Translations under genes and position numbers: made by a program
Shown here: positions 25,779 through 39,788 of the stretch, one piece after another
Layout: each line of letters opens with the position of its first letter
Numbering within the stretch: the first letter of the stretch is position 1
Notes under the pieces: model-generated
What the model was told of the DNA's origin: nothing
The model's input: the letters and a program-made list of their open reading frames with translations, nothing else
Databases searched by the model: none
Origin: Styela clava
Taxonomy: Eukaryota
NCBI RefSeq assembly: GCF_964204865.1
Contig: NC_135262.1
Span: forward strand, 17,050,001 to 17,114,000
Direction: 5' to 3'
DNA: 64,000 nt

Positions 25779-28700
25779 GAGTGGGGTTGGTTGTATATAC
25801 ATATACAGCCTAAAATATACATATATCGCCATCTAAATATGCATATATAGCAAATGTCATATGCATAGACATCTAATTATTATTATTAAACAAACAGTCA
25901 TTTTGGTGATTTACATACACGGCCAATGCCATATGTATGTACAGCCAATCACTGAATTGTCACATAAAGACAAGAGAAAGTGAAGCACATACAAAAGTCA
26001 ATATTTTATGAATATATATAGCCAAATTAATATACATATGCGGCCAATCAAGTAATGTTCATACACAGCCAATCAATGTTCCCTCTAATTTTTTGTAGTA
26101 TATGTGCGCAGAAATTTTTGGTGTGTGCGCACATTTTTGGAAATGACTAATATTTGTGCAAAATGCAATGAAGAAATTTTGGCGTTCTAACCGGGTAATA
26201 AGTGGGCTTATTAAGAAAATTTTGGTTATTTAATAAGTTTTTCTATAGATTGTAAATGCTTTAGTGAAGGCTATATGTTATCAGTAGATAACAATGAACA
26301 TACATGGAATATAATAAATAAAATTGATTGTAACAGATGGTTTCATTTGAATTCAAATAAAGGGTGAAAAAAGAATGAAAAAAAAACGAAACAATTGGAG
26401 CAATGTTTTTCAGAAAGAAACGTTAGCTCTAACACGTGTCAGGGGACGATATGCTAGTATAAAGGGTCGAGGACCTATGTTTTACAGTATTTCTTTACTT
26501 CCATTGACCAACTTCCTCACGTCTATCCTTCTTGCTGACCAATTCTTCATAAACCTTCACCTTGTCTATAACACATCCAGCTCGCTGATAAGACTTGACC
26601 CTCATTATCATGTCCAAATGCCTTTCTCCCAGTCTGTTCCTTAGCTTGGTTTTGATGGAATTCATCAAACTAAACCCGCGCTCACATTCAACGCTGGATG
26701 CAAGAGAAGTACCACCGATATCTACAAGCTTTGCCAATTCTCTAAAGTTTCTAAACTGTTCATGCTGAAACGTAAAGTTTATCAAATCAGCAAAAGTGCT
26801 AACAACTCCAGCCATAATTTTTTTTAGCTATTGCGTATTTAAAATCTGTGTATTGATCAATAATTATACTTCGTTCTGGCAAAATAAACTCATATTTAGA
26901 ACACAGAGCTTTAATTTCGGTGATACCAAAAGCATAGCAAGGGGATTTCAATGCAGCACAATCAAAAGCTACCTAGTCTTGCACTTCTCGTTCTGGGAAT
27001 CTTTCTATCATATGATCACATAAAAGCCCTATAAAATCCAGCAGTCCTTCAGAGTCAAAAGTGTGAAACAGATTTTGTTTCTACCTTTTTGCAAACTAGA
27101 TACCGCCAATTGTTATGTCATCATCGCAGTCTAAGCTCGTGTTTATCATAGCAGTTCGATTATAGCTGTATCTCAATTATACGTACCGGTATTGCATAGG
27201 GCAGTAATTTAGTAATCAAACATTTAAGAAAGGTCAAAGATGTCAAATAATAAACATAAACGAGACCAGGGATACTCAACCGGTGAACCGCGGTCCGTAT
27301 CCTGACCTTGCTGGTATTCAATTTGGGCTGCTGCTCCATGACTTGGAATGCGTCGTTACTTTTTATTTCACAATCCTGATGTAATGCATTTTCGCTAAAC
27401 AACGAGAAAAAAATACACTTTTCAAAGATTTTTAGACAAGTTGGTACACATTAGACTGTGTTTTGGCTTTGCATTCATTTGTCAGTTTCTAGTTGTATTT
27501 TTGAAATTTAAAATTAGAACAAATAACCCGATTTTGCAAAATAGTATACTCTCACTTCTCAGAGCCAAGATTGAAATGTAATTTTCCAGACTAACGATTG
27601 ACGGATAACTTTGCTATTGGACACGAAATTGATTAATGAAACGTCATGCTAAAATTCTCGTGAACGTTGTGGCTTACCTTAATACTATTTGAGAAAATTG
27701 ATTCTAAATTTTTAATCATAAAAATATTATAAGTCGCCGGAAGACCTATAAATATATATAATATATATATTCACGAGTGCTATGGTGTATTGCAATCTTT
27801 CCAGCAAGTCGGCGCTAAGTTACACAACTGAAAAATTGTCATACCGGTAGTCGAGTAGCCCTGAACTAGACTATGACTTAGACTTCAGCGATTTGTCCTC
27901 TTTGCCAGCGAACTATTCTAGTTCTGAATGAATACGACATTGAACGTCATTGCGAGTCAAACACACAAGTTTCAAAAATGTGTCCAATGTGAATCCACTA
28001 AATCCCAGCTAAACCGCCGCGCACTTTCGGCACTATACTCTTTCGGCCCGCAAACATCCTTTCGATTCTAATTTTGGCCCGCGGCCAATAAAGTTTGGGA
28101 ACCCCTGCTTTAGAGGGAACACTGCGGCCCATGCAATATGATCATATGGACTACGCAATATACCTATACAGCCACTCAAGGAATGTACACAATCATCAAT
28201 GCCATAAAGAAGGCATTCAAGAAATGTCATATCATATGTATATACTATAAATTTAATATACATATGAAGCCATTCATGTAATGTACATACACCGCCAATC
28301 CATATCATATTCATACACCTACTGTTTTTTATGTACCGTTGCGGTTGCATATACAAGTCGCAGCTTGGAAATCATATGAATGTCATATGAACTCTCAGAA
28401 ACTCCAAGAGGCTGTTGATGGAAGTTTTTATCAATAAGTGTAAAGTACCATAATTTCTCCGTGTATAATACGTACTTTGGAGGTCAAATTTAGACTCCTA
28501 AATAAGGAGGGGCGTATTAATCGTTGGTCTAAAAACTATCCAAAACTATTAATTCTAGTCTTATGTTTAACTGGCTAATAATTGTCACATTTATTAATCT
28601 TAAGTTGGAAAGTCATCTCTTGCACTTATGCTATATCCATAATGGATAGTTTGACTCCGCCTTTCGGTGAGTTGCGACGTCCCCACAAACGGACATCAGC

Positions 28701-30155
28701 CGTACAGAGCGACGCAAGATATGAGTAGATTGGTTTTAGAAAGTGGAAACTAAAATGTCGCCATCTCAGTCTTTTCTTATTTTTTACAGGACAAACGACT
28801 GTCTGAGATATTGTAGCTCTCGGCCCAATTGAAAATATATTCAAGATTCGGAATTTCGGTTATTCAAAAGAGTAAATTATTCGCTTTTGGTCGAAATTTG
28901 ACATTTTACTTAATATAAATGAGGATTTTGTCGTTTTGTTGAACATATCGATCATTACAGTAATTGAAAAAATATAAATACTCCCGTTTTTTGATCAAAA
29001 CCCGTGTGCGATGTTTATGGACTTTTTAACAAAGAACTGTTATTATCTAGAATGGATGTTATAGTTTCAATTGGGCATAAACCGAAAGTGAAACAATAAA
29101 TTTATTTCAAATTTAAATAAAAGGATCTATAATATTCATTTAGTAATTCTATAAAGACTCGATAAGACATGTTTCCAAAATAGTTGTATGTTGCCAATGC
29201 AAAAAATTTTGATCATAAGAATCAAAAATATTTATATAGTTGGCTGATTCTATAAAGACATTTCAGATACGCATGTCTCCAATAGTTGTATGTTGCCAAG
29301 AAAGAAGATTTGAAATATTTCAGTTGAACATTGATTTCCAAATTAATAATTCTCTAAAAAAGTCCCACATGTCCTTAGGTGGTGATACTGACTCGTTGCT
29401 AGTTTTTAACAGCATATTTCGTTGAATGCAGAAGAATGCCCCATTGTGTCCCAGGGTGTGTTTGAATCCACCCCACCAACGCAATGAGACTGGAGAGAGA
29501 TTTTCATCCAGCACATTTTTCGTGATTTCGACGCTATTGTGGGGTATTATGATATCATAGATTTGGCGCCTATTGGATATTTCTGGAAAACTAAGTTGGC
29601 GCCTATTGGATATTTATTAAGAACTACCCGCACTGGTAGTTTTATGTATTAAATCTTCCACCAGGCGTTAATTTGATTTGTCTGTGGACAGTTTATTGCC
29701 ATTAGCCAAAGAATAGTTCACTGAAGAGAGATTTTCAGTCCGCAAATTTTTTGTGTAGTCAACGTAGTTTTGTGTCTTTTTGTTACAATCAATATGTACG
29801 TACCCCTGTATGCTAATACCTTTTGGATCACTAGCCGCTTTGAAGTTTAACGCTTTTTAATGCGCTAATTATATGAACGACAAGTAATGTGCATACAATT
29901 CGTAGATGCAACCGCATATACATAAATTTTATTTTTACAAAATGATCTGGCAGTATTTTTACATCACCTTAATGGCTGTATTTAGATATAATGGCTGTAT
30001 TTGGATATTGATCCGGCTATATATGCATATGACTTGGTAGTGTATGTACATTTGGTAGGCTGTATATGTATATTTGGTTGGCTGTATATGAATATGAGTT
30101 GGCTGTATATACATATTCTTGGAAGTAAATGTATGGCACGTGACCAACCCTATCG
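25779..30155. mobile_element. TIR DNA element with 8-bp TSD, expanded by nested insertions
   Basis: Ends gagtggggttgg...ccaaccctatcg; TSD atgctgta at 25771-25778 and 30156-30163. Subterminal catatacagcc / ggctgtatatg repeats are in inverted orientation. Same termini as the MITE at 48888-48975. Confidence 0.75.
26074..28124 (-). mobile_element. Nested hAT element with C-terminal dimerisation-domain remnant
   Basis: TIR caatgttccctcta / tagagggaacactg; imperfect 8-bp TSD cagccaat / cggcccat. ORF 26495-26815 (SSVECERGFSLMNSIKTKLRNRLGERHLDMIMR) is a hATC motif of the ZNF862 type. Confidence 0.85.
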
Positions 30156-30481
30156 ATGCTGTATGACGTAGTGACCTGCGAAAAGTGGTAATATTTGAGT
30201 TGTTATCACTATACGCAGGTATTAACGTCACTACAGTCAGAAGTCTTTGAATTTGAAGGCATTCCAATTAATGTGAATTTAGCATGTACATAGTGAAATT
30301 TACAACAATAAGTCAACGTAATGCGTGTCCTGGCAAAGGATTAAATCTATTCGTAAATGCGATTACAAACTTGTTTTATTAATCGAGAAACATCGTGTTC
30401 AAAGAATTACCAAATAGATATAATTACTGTTTATTTGCTTGACAATTGAAAACTTGCGTTCCAGATAAATTATCTTATCGC

Positions 30482-32559
30482 CAGGGATGGCCATTTCCGA
30501 ATACTAAACTATTCCGAATACATTCTAAAATAATGTTTTCGAATCTGGAATTCCGAATACATTCTAAAATCGAGATTAACATATTTTTGCTTACTTTATT
30601 GAAACCCAGTAAATTAAGAAATAAGCTTTAATAAAAATATCAGAATAAAGCCAAAAACCAACAGTATATGTACACAATGTAATTGATAGTTTATAGCTAT
30701 CAATAAAAAATAATAGCAACTTGTGACACAGTCAGTTTATTAAAATTATTCACTTTGTACAAATGACCATATGAAATGATAGCCAAAAGGTTGTCTGACG
30801 CTTTCTATCATTGGTATCATGATATTACGATAATAGTCAAGTCTATTGACAAAAATACTACTTGTTTTCAGATAATTGTGTATATTTTCTGAGAGTAATA
30901 AAATTTATTGGCAATACAGGCAACTGAAACAAGCAACAACAATCGAAAATCCATTATGCCTTTAAAAATATTCTACTACTACCAGTATATTAATTTATGT
31001 GAACCATATTGTTATTATGTGTAATATATTGTTGTGTTTGAAATTAGAAATAAATTAGTAGAGGATAGATGATCACCACTGCCAGCCGCTGAGCCAGGAT
31101 TTTCGAAATCGGAAATTCACATTGCCGCCTGTAACACCCACCGCGATTCCGCGCTCGTTAAAAGAGCCGTCTTTTCAGCGTATAATGATCAATTCTGTTA
31201 CGTAAAATATTCAATCCATGACAACTACGAGATTCTAAAATATTTTTATATATTAATTTAATGTGTCCAACGTAACTCGGCGGTTTCTTCTTCTTACGTC
31301 AAAAAAAAACATTACTATTCGGTCCACGGCGATCTGTGACCTAAAAGTAAGAGATAAACTGCCTGATGTATTTAATTTTAATACGTATTTTTGCAATCTT
31401 GCCAACTCGTTATCGCCGTTAGAAAAATCTCAAATAATTATATAAAATCCTGCTAAGTGTAGAGTATAATTCATTTCATACAATGAATATACATATAAAG
31501 TTTAGCAGTAAATTAAAAATACATATTCATCGCCGCGATTATGCCACCTGTTAAAAGAGTCGACTTTTACAACAAATAATATAACAACGAATATATATTT
31601 TTCTGTTGTGCAAAGTGATGAATTCGTGACCGATACGGGCATATTTGAAATGTCTTGCTTTATGAATTTAATTGTCTTCCATTTAACCTGCGGTTGCGTC
31701 GACAAAATGAAATCCTCACCACTCTTATATACCATTGCAATCCGCGGTCCTAAAAATAAAATCGCGTGGTAAACTGCCCGATTAAATAATGCTTTGATCC
31801 GTATTTTGCGAATTCGGCAAATATTTAGATGTACTTGTTAATAACAGTGTCTCCGTTCAATCGAAATCCGTTCGAAAAATCCATAAATCTTCTGTAACAT
31901 CTCAGAGTGAAATTTATTTCATCACAATAAAATTGATTGAATATACTTTGAAAATATTCGACGGCAAGTTAAAGTAATGGATAATCAGGCAAATCCCGCC
32001 CTCAATTCGTGACGATATGTTTGTTTCTAAACGCCGACCAAACATAATGTGTGCCAGAGGCACACGAAATTCTGCGATTTTCACTGTCTAGAAAAGCGTT
32101 TTTTAAATTTTCGCGGGCCGCAATAAAACTTATGTTGTTTACGGTTTTATTTTCAGTATTTTAAATTGCCGCTTTTCAATCAAAAAGTTGCGTTGTCTTT
32201 AGAAACTCGCCGCCGATGAACGTATTTACCAGATTCACAATTCCGTGCGGGTGCAAAAATAAAATAATTGTCATCGTTATCTTGGAACAAATTTGTGAAA
32301 AATTTTCGTTTTAGAGAAAATAACACAAACGTAAAGGCATTTACGGCCTAAATAACACGTTACGCTGATGAGTGATGAAAACAATCACGCGCAAGTTTCT
32401 ATCGAGAATGTTTTCATTCAACGGAAACGTCTTGAGAGCGGCGTCGAAAATGTGTGACGTCACATAAATATCCGATATTCTTATGAACGCTAATTCCGAT
32501 ATTCGAATGACGAGATATTCGAATACATTCGAATACTTTATTCGAATTGGCCATCCCTG
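30482..32559 (-). mobile_element. Non-autonomous hAT element inserted in the H1 upstream module
   Basis: Perfect 12-bp TIR CAGGGATGGCCA; exact 8-bp TSD cttatcgc (30474-30481 and 32560-32567). Subterminal attc(c)gaata repeats and a faint hATC-like trace near 31110-31165 (minus). Confidence 0.9.
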
Positions 32560-32758
32560 CTTATCGCAAAAGCGAGGTGCGAGATTTACAGCCACGTCAA
32601 AAGCAATTGTAAATGTCTGGCGTCATATTTGCATTATCGTTATCGTTGTCTTGCGCCTTTGGAGAATAAAAATCAGGTGAATCAATAGGAAGATCGCAGT
32701 TGGTTGTTTGTTACATAATTGCATAATACCTCCTACTGGTTTTTCAATATCTGCAAAA

Positions 32759-33349
32759 ATGTTGTCCTTACAGAAGACTAAAGCGACCAAACCTCGCCAT
32801 GTTCCGAATCATCCTGGATACAAAGAAATGATCATCACTGCAATCAAATCACAAGAACAAAAGAAAGGATCTTCTCGAGTATTTATTCGTAAATATATCG
32901 AAGATAATTTTTATGTCAAGCAACAAGGTTTTACCACACATTTGAATAGAAATTTAAAGAAATTAATTGAATCAGAATTTCTGTTTCATCCAAAAACTTC
33001 ACCTGGATGTTACAAAATCAACAAAACTGAAATTGCTAAAGAAGAAAAGGATGCCAGGGCAAAAGCCAAAGCTGCAATCAAAAAGCAGCAGCAAGAAAAA
33101 CTTGGAAAACAAAAATCGAAACAAGTCCAAAAAAAACGAGTAACAAAGGAAATTGCTAAGAAGAAAACCGACGCTACAAAAAAGGCAAGTGCAAAAAAGA
33201 CAATAAAAACAGTAAAATCAAAAGTGGTAAGCAAACCCAAAAAGTCTGACAATGACTCCAAGAAAACTACGACAAAATCAATTACCAAGAAGAAAGTTGG
33301 AACTCCAAAGAAGAATCAGAAAAAGACAGTAAAAAAATCGACTAAGTAG
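32759..33349 (+). CDS. H1: Linker histone H1-like protein, subtype II (196 aa)
   Basis: Intact ORF from the ATG at 32759 (homologous start context ctgcaaaaATG). H15 domain plus Lys-rich tail. The polyA signal position reads AATACA. Confidence 0.88.
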   Translation: MLSLQKTKATKPRHVPNHPGYKEMIITAIKSQEQKKGSSRVFIRKYIEDNFYVKQQGFTTHLNRNLKKLIESEFLFHPKTSPGCYKINKTEIAKEEKDARAKAKAAIKKQQQEKLGKQKSKQVQKKRVTKEIAKKKTDATKKASAKKTIKTVKSKVVSKPKKSDNDSKKTTTKSITKKKVGTPKKNQKKTVKKSTK

Positions 33350-33925
33350 AAAGATTCGCATTATGTAAAATCTTTTTTTATGCATTACCATCGTTTTATT
33401 TTTATACGTGACTAATACAATTGATCAATCTACAAGTCAGTGTGAACTCCGGAAGACTTTCGCTACATTGTGGATGAGTATAGCCCTTTCAAAATAAATC
33501 ACGAAAAAAATTGAGTTTGCGGCTTTTGACGGAAATCTGTCATTAGTTTTGCCATAATACCAAGTGATCATTTAAGCATAATTAGTGATCAAAATTTAAC
33601 CACGTGGTTCAGCTTGAACGTCATACGAAACGTGTCAACTATCTCCGTGCAAACTCTCAATTATTTCACAGTTACCATGTCACGAACCACAGATGTAAAT
33701 TTCGTCGCTTCAACTATATCTTTTGTTACACAAATATCGAAATGTTTTAGTTGTTGGGTTTTATTACTAAGAGCACAAACTAAATGCAGTTGGTCTCGAG
33801 AAGAAGGAAAAATAACAGACATCGAAAAAATAAGTTAATTATATTCATTTATCACGCAAAATAAACTTTAATTATCAATCCCACTATAATGCGGAGAGAA
33901 ATTAATTATCACAATTATTCAAAAA

Positions 33926-34284
<359 letters not shown>

Positions 34285-34506
34285 TTAAAAGATAAATCTT
34301 ATGTAACTGCGATTCCAAATTAAAATGATGAAATTACTCGTCAATGATCTAGTTTCTATATCGCGAGGGCGTCCAATCCAAAATAGCGGTAATTTCCTTG
34401 TCTGGGTTTCATTCCTGTGGCATAATCGATTAATTACGTCTCACGGGGCAGGAGAGGACCATAGATAACGGAATACCACTTAGACGACTTAATTCTCGGT
34501 CTATTG

Positions 34507-34817
34507 TTACTTATCGATCTTGTTACTTATCGATCTTGATCGGTAAGTATGTTGATAGGTATTTGTCTGTATGTCTGTGTGTTAGATGCACGCGATATCT
34601 CACGAAAGTGATATTGGATCTGCTGCAGTTTTAGCATGTGCATTCATCATAGCTCGGATCAGAAGCCTATTGATTTTGGATGAATTATGTCGTATAATTA
34701 GCGAGTTATTAATTAATTAGTGATGGGACACACGGTGTCACTATGGAGTAAGACCACTGTTTTGGGGGATCCCCTAACCTTCGATCGATAAGTCTTCGGT
34801 TTCCAACCGAATTCTAG
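34507..34817 (+). mobile_element. Helentron-associated interspersed element (HINE/DINE-1-like)
   Basis: Subterminal inverted repeat cttatcgatc/gatcgataag, short GTCT-type microsatellite, 3' hairpin tcggtttccaaccga then ctag|ttt, and no TSD. Absent from the homologous site near 14160. Confidence 0.75.
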
Positions 34818-37800
34818 TTTTATTGTTTATTCGTAACCGCCTACTGAAAGAATTGTATAGTAGAAAAGCAGGTGTCATGCAGCGCACTCACAATAAATTA
34901 TAATAATCACTAACACCTGGCCAATTGTCCATCAGTGAGATAGAAACTAGACCATTGACGAGTTCTTTCATCATTTTAATTTGGAATCGCAGTTACATAA
35001 GATTTATCTTTTAACCTTCAAATAATACGGCACGAATATTAGATTGATCAATGCTAAATCAAGATTTACGAAGGAGTCGAACAATATTTATTGTAATTCT
35101 ATTACAATAATTCAAATATTAAATTGAAATGATTTTGAAGACATACAATGCTGTGATAAAATTTCAATTGGCATTTATTGTAAAAAAAACTTAATATTAA
35201 CCATTTATTATCCTAGAATGTCATCAGATTCCCGTAAAATAGTATGCTCATAAATTTTCTTTTAATTTTCGTTCGATTATAGTCTAACGTTTCCAGCTAA
35301 AAGAAGATATATATAACTGCGGAGATGAAGATATATACGATAAATTTTATGCCTATAATAGAAATTTTAAGTGCCTACAGTCCAAAAAGTTAAACTTCAA
35401 ATCTGAACTTAATCAAGATTGTGGTTTTGCAATATTTACCGAAATCAGTCGACCCAAATCCTGTTACTTGTTCTTTCAATTATATATTTCGTCTATATGC
35501 TATCGTTTATGAGTATGACTAAACGAATGTTCACATGCATAATTAGTATTTGGGAAAAACAGATGATGATATTCTGGTTATCACTTTATTACAGGCGCAT
35601 GTATGTCCGCACAGTAGCCTAACGTCCTATTTAGTACACATGGAAGATACGCTTACTTTAGTACACAATATCCCAGTATCCTAAATTTATATTATTTCAA
35701 ATCACATTTTAGTTTTAGTTCATGCCCCCTTGAAGTTTGTTTGATGATAGTTAACAGTCAAAAATATCAATTAGCTTTGTTTCTATGATTTTTGTGGTAT
35801 ATTATTTATTAATCCCTGTTTGCTAATCTCAGAGTCCATTTCACAAATGATTGAATGATGCAATACTAAAACCGACCAAAAACGTCAATTTACAAAATGA
35901 AGATTTAATATATGATAAGTTTGTTACTTGATAAATACTGCTAAAGCTGCACAGTATAGGTTGCTGAGTAAGCAACTGTCGGACCCCAAACCATGGAAAA
36001 CTATTCTACGAAATCAACGTTCTATCATGTTAGAAGTCCCTAAAGTAGAGAAGACGTGTTGGTTTCTTCATCAATATGTATTGTCTAGTCGAGAGTAAAA
36101 ATACAAGCGCGAAAGCAAGAATTATTCATAATTAATTTAAAAGATACCAAAGTTGACATAACTCAACTATAGGTAAAAAAAAACTAGATTGACCATCGAT
36201 ACCCTGAGACAACTGAAATCCTACAAACATGCCCTTCCACGCTCATCATCTACAGAACAACTCTTAAAAAATTTTCGAACATTAAAATTCGATTGCGTTA
36301 TACAGTTGAGTTGGCCCTTGAAGTTAAGTAAAATAAGTGTTTTTGAAGGGCGGGGGCGCAAATAAATTTAGATTCAAACTGGCCCGTTGATTGCCGACGC
36401 TTGGTTTAAAATAATCGATCGGTAGATTACTTTTTGGAACCGGCTTCTAACTCGTATAATTATCAACGACGTGTGTATTATCCGATAAAAACCATCGGTA
36501 CCCTGAAACAACTGAAATCCTACAAACATGCCCTTCCACGCTCATCATCTACAGAACAACTCTTAAAAAATTTTCACAGTAATAGATTGTGATTTATGAT
36601 ATATATAGAAAACTAACCACAGAGTGCACATGCAATATTGTGTGAATTCGTGATTACCTTGGCTTCAAAAGGATAGTCAATCGATGTTTTCAAGAATTCA
36701 GAAGTATAAGATTGGTGGAAAAGATGACGCGCGATATGTGTGAACTTGACTCTGGCCTGCCATTGAGATCGTCGAATGCCATTTAAATCGCAGATTCTTC
36801 TCAATTGAAATTTTTGTGGAAAACTATATTTATCATTGATAATTGTCTGTCCGTCATGCTGGCCTCTGGCAGTTGTATTTACATTAACAAAATACTTGGG
36901 TTACCGCTTTTCAGCTCTTCAAAATATATTTTGCATGGGGTGTCCTAAAAATGTCGTGTCCCACGTGTGCCCCACTTGTCCTAGTTTCCCCACGTGTCAC
37001 ACTTGCCCCACGTTTCCGTCTTGCAGCGTTTAGATTTATTAAAAATCATGCTTTGACTATAGATGCACGCTTTATTCACCTTTGATTCTGGATTTGGCCT
37101 AACAATCTCAAGAAATGGTTACGAAGACCCCATGTGGAACGAAATAGACGGTAGAACGTATAAGTAATCATAGTTGGTTTGCTTTCGTTGATTTGCTTTC
37201 TTTGCATCAAATAAATTTAAGACCTGGCTGATTGGCGTTATAAATAAAATGTTTTGACTTTTCCATTTGTATATTCATGGTTTGAAAAATACAGAAAATT
37301 GGCGGTTACCAATCTGTGACAGACTTGTTACATGCATACTGTCTCCTGCGTGCATATACGCATGTCTATCAATATAATCGGAGATGTTTGTTATCGACCG
37401 ATTTGAGGTTTGTCCAGATCAAACATTTTTAATAATATTCTTTCATTGTTTTAGTCGGAGGATATCGATATTTAGACACATTGGTGTAATTCATCAAATT
37501 CCAATTTCATAATATTTCAAGATCACGACAATAATAATATAAAAATAGTTGAAATATATTTCAAGCATTGTACGTAGTCTGAAACAGTGGTCGGCAATTA
37601 TCAGGAAGCAGTGCAATATCATACCGTTAGAGGCAATATGACCATGACATTTGCTCATTTTAATTTGAACACGGAATGATGAAATGATATAAGTTTACGC
37701 AAAATAATAGTCAATAAAAGAAATTTATCGTTAATCAATATCGAACATTAAAATTCGCTTGCGTTATACAGTTGAGTTCGCCCTTGAAGTTAGGTAAAAT

Positions 37801-38397
37801 AAGTGTTTTTGAAGGGTGGGGCGCAAATAAATTTAGATTCAACTGGCCCGTTGATTGCCGACGCCAGGTTTAAAATAACCGATCGGTAGATTACTTTCTG
37901 GAACCGGCTTCTAACTCGTATAATTATCAACGACGTGTGTATTATCTGATGAAAACTCGGCCCGAGATAGCAATGCAGTCCTAACATTTCTATATCGGAA
38001 ATAACAAAAATAGTTTGAATCATCCACGAAAAATTCCAAATTGCAGAATTATATTACCCATGACGAATTTTTCCGACGTATTACCTCGGTATTTTTTACA
38101 AATCTTTCGCGATTTTTATAATACGATTCTGCGAAGTTGGAATCATCCAGATTGAACATTGTACTCGATATCGAATAGTTCAACCAATTGATGATCATTG
38201 AACGACATTGTTAAATGCTTGTTTCTATTCAGAATATCCTTATTAGGTGATAATATCGGGAGTAAATTTAGCTGTAAAACCGTTTTTCATTAGACACGAA
38301 AACTGCCCAAGATAAGTACAAGGTTCATGAGTACATGATTGTATTCATTTTAAAATTTCTTCGATTACGTGCGTAATAAATCACTACAGAATCTGGG

Positions 38398-38528
38398 GTG
38401 TCTCAAAAATGTTGTGTGCCACTTGTCCCTTGGGGCACGTGGAACAAGTGGGACACGTGTGACATGTGGGACAAGTGGGAAACATAAAACAAGTGTGACA
38501 AGTGGGACACGACATTATCGAGACACCG
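38398..38528. mobile_element. Small MITE with 9-bp subterminal repeats
   Basis: Ends ggtgtctc...gagacacc with internal acaagtggg/acacgtg units. A related one-ended copy lies at about 36937-37020. Confidence 0.55.
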
Positions 38529-39182
38529 TTATGCATGTATGACGTGGAAAGAAAATGTACTGTTGAATCAGTCAATTAAATGATGCTTGAAAATGCTAGA
38601 TTCTCAGAAAGCGAGCAAAATAACATTCTATCTACAGCTTTTGATTGCTTGATGTCATTTTGGGAGCCAACGACCTGAAATGATAATGCGCAAACCAAGT
38701 TTTGTCGTTTTGTAATATACAAACTGAATGAAGAGACGAAATGGTTTATACAACATTACAAGATGGCTTTTATGAAAATGGCAGTGCTTGTACAAGCCGA
38801 TACAAACGAGAAACCATAAGTCCAAAGAGCAGCTTCATATTTACCTTAATAATGAAACATTTATGCATAAAATTTCAGGATTTTGCGAAATTGTGTTGCA
38901 AGAAAAAGTTCGAATATTTACGACTTGATTAAATTTATGCGTTGTTCAAAACAAGCTATTGATCTCACTGCAGACTTCATCATGGTTAATTATCAAACGA
39001 ATTTTAATTACCGATTAACGTTGAAATCCCGACGTCGACCGTGAAAGGGACGCACGCATAATCTCGTCCGATAGGTCCCTTTTTCTTTTTTTGAGCCTTC
39101 AGAGTATAAAAGTATACCATACTTGTATAAGATCATTAAAAGACGTAAACTAAAATTTATATCCACTGCCTCCGGAATCAAG

Positions 39183-39788
39183 ATGTCGTCACCACAGAAA
39201 ACCAAAGCAACAAAACCCCGTTATGTTCCAACTCATCCTGGATACAAAGAAATGATCATCGCTGCAATCAAATCACAAGAAGAAAAGAAAGAATCTTCAC
39301 GAGTATTTATTCGCAAATACATCGAGGGAAATTTTGATGTCAAGCAACAAGGTTTCACTACACATTTGAACAGAAATCTCAAGAAATTAGTTGAATCAGA
39401 ATTTTTGTTTCATCCGAAAACTTCACCTGGATGTTACAAAATCAACAAAGCTGAACTAACTAAAGAAGAAAAGGAAGCCAAGGCAAAAGCGAGAGCTGCA
39501 ATTAAGAAGCAACAGGAAAAAGAAAAACTCGACAAAGCAATAGCAAAAAAGCTTGAAGACAAGAAAGGGACACGAAAAGGCGAAATAAAAAAGAAAACTG
39601 ACGCCAAAAAAAAATCCGTATCGAAGAAAGAAACGGGAAACAAAACAGTAAAAAAGAAAGCATCTACTAAAGTAAGCAAAAAGATCACTACGAAAACTAC
39701 AAAAAAGACTATAACCAAAAAAACTACGAAGAAGACTCCAAAGAAACCTTCGATCAAAAAACCAAAAGCTAAGAAAGTCCAAAAATAA
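39183..39788 (+). CDS. H1: Linker histone H1-like protein, subtype I (201 aa)
   Basis: Inverted duplicate of 11080-11709; ATG at 39183. TATAAAA at 39105-39111; AATAAA at 39841 and 39849. Confidence 0.92.
   Translation: MSSPQKTKATKPRYVPTHPGYKEMIIAAIKSQEEKKESSRVFIRKYIEGNFDVKQQGFTTHLNRNLKKLVESEFLFHPKTSPGCYKINKAELTKEEKEAKAKARAAIKKQQEKEKLDKAIAKKLEDKKGTRKGEIKKKTDAKKKSVSKKETGNKTVKKKASTKVSKKITTKTTKKTITKKTTKKTPKKPSIKKPKAKKVQK

Larger units (their letters stand above)
16035..33615 (+). repeat. Degenerate tandem array of subtype-II H1 units (upstream module, H1, 3' flank, 20-bp repeat foldback)
   Basis: Upstream module (gtcctggcaatggat...gaaaatcttgcgttccagat..ttatc) recurs near 16035, 18480, 20605, 23770 (partial) and 30325. 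The 3' flank (caattcatcaatccaccagtcag...aaatctatctttagttttgcc) recurs near 21595, 22240, 24650, 33420 and 42435. Confidence 0.85.
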
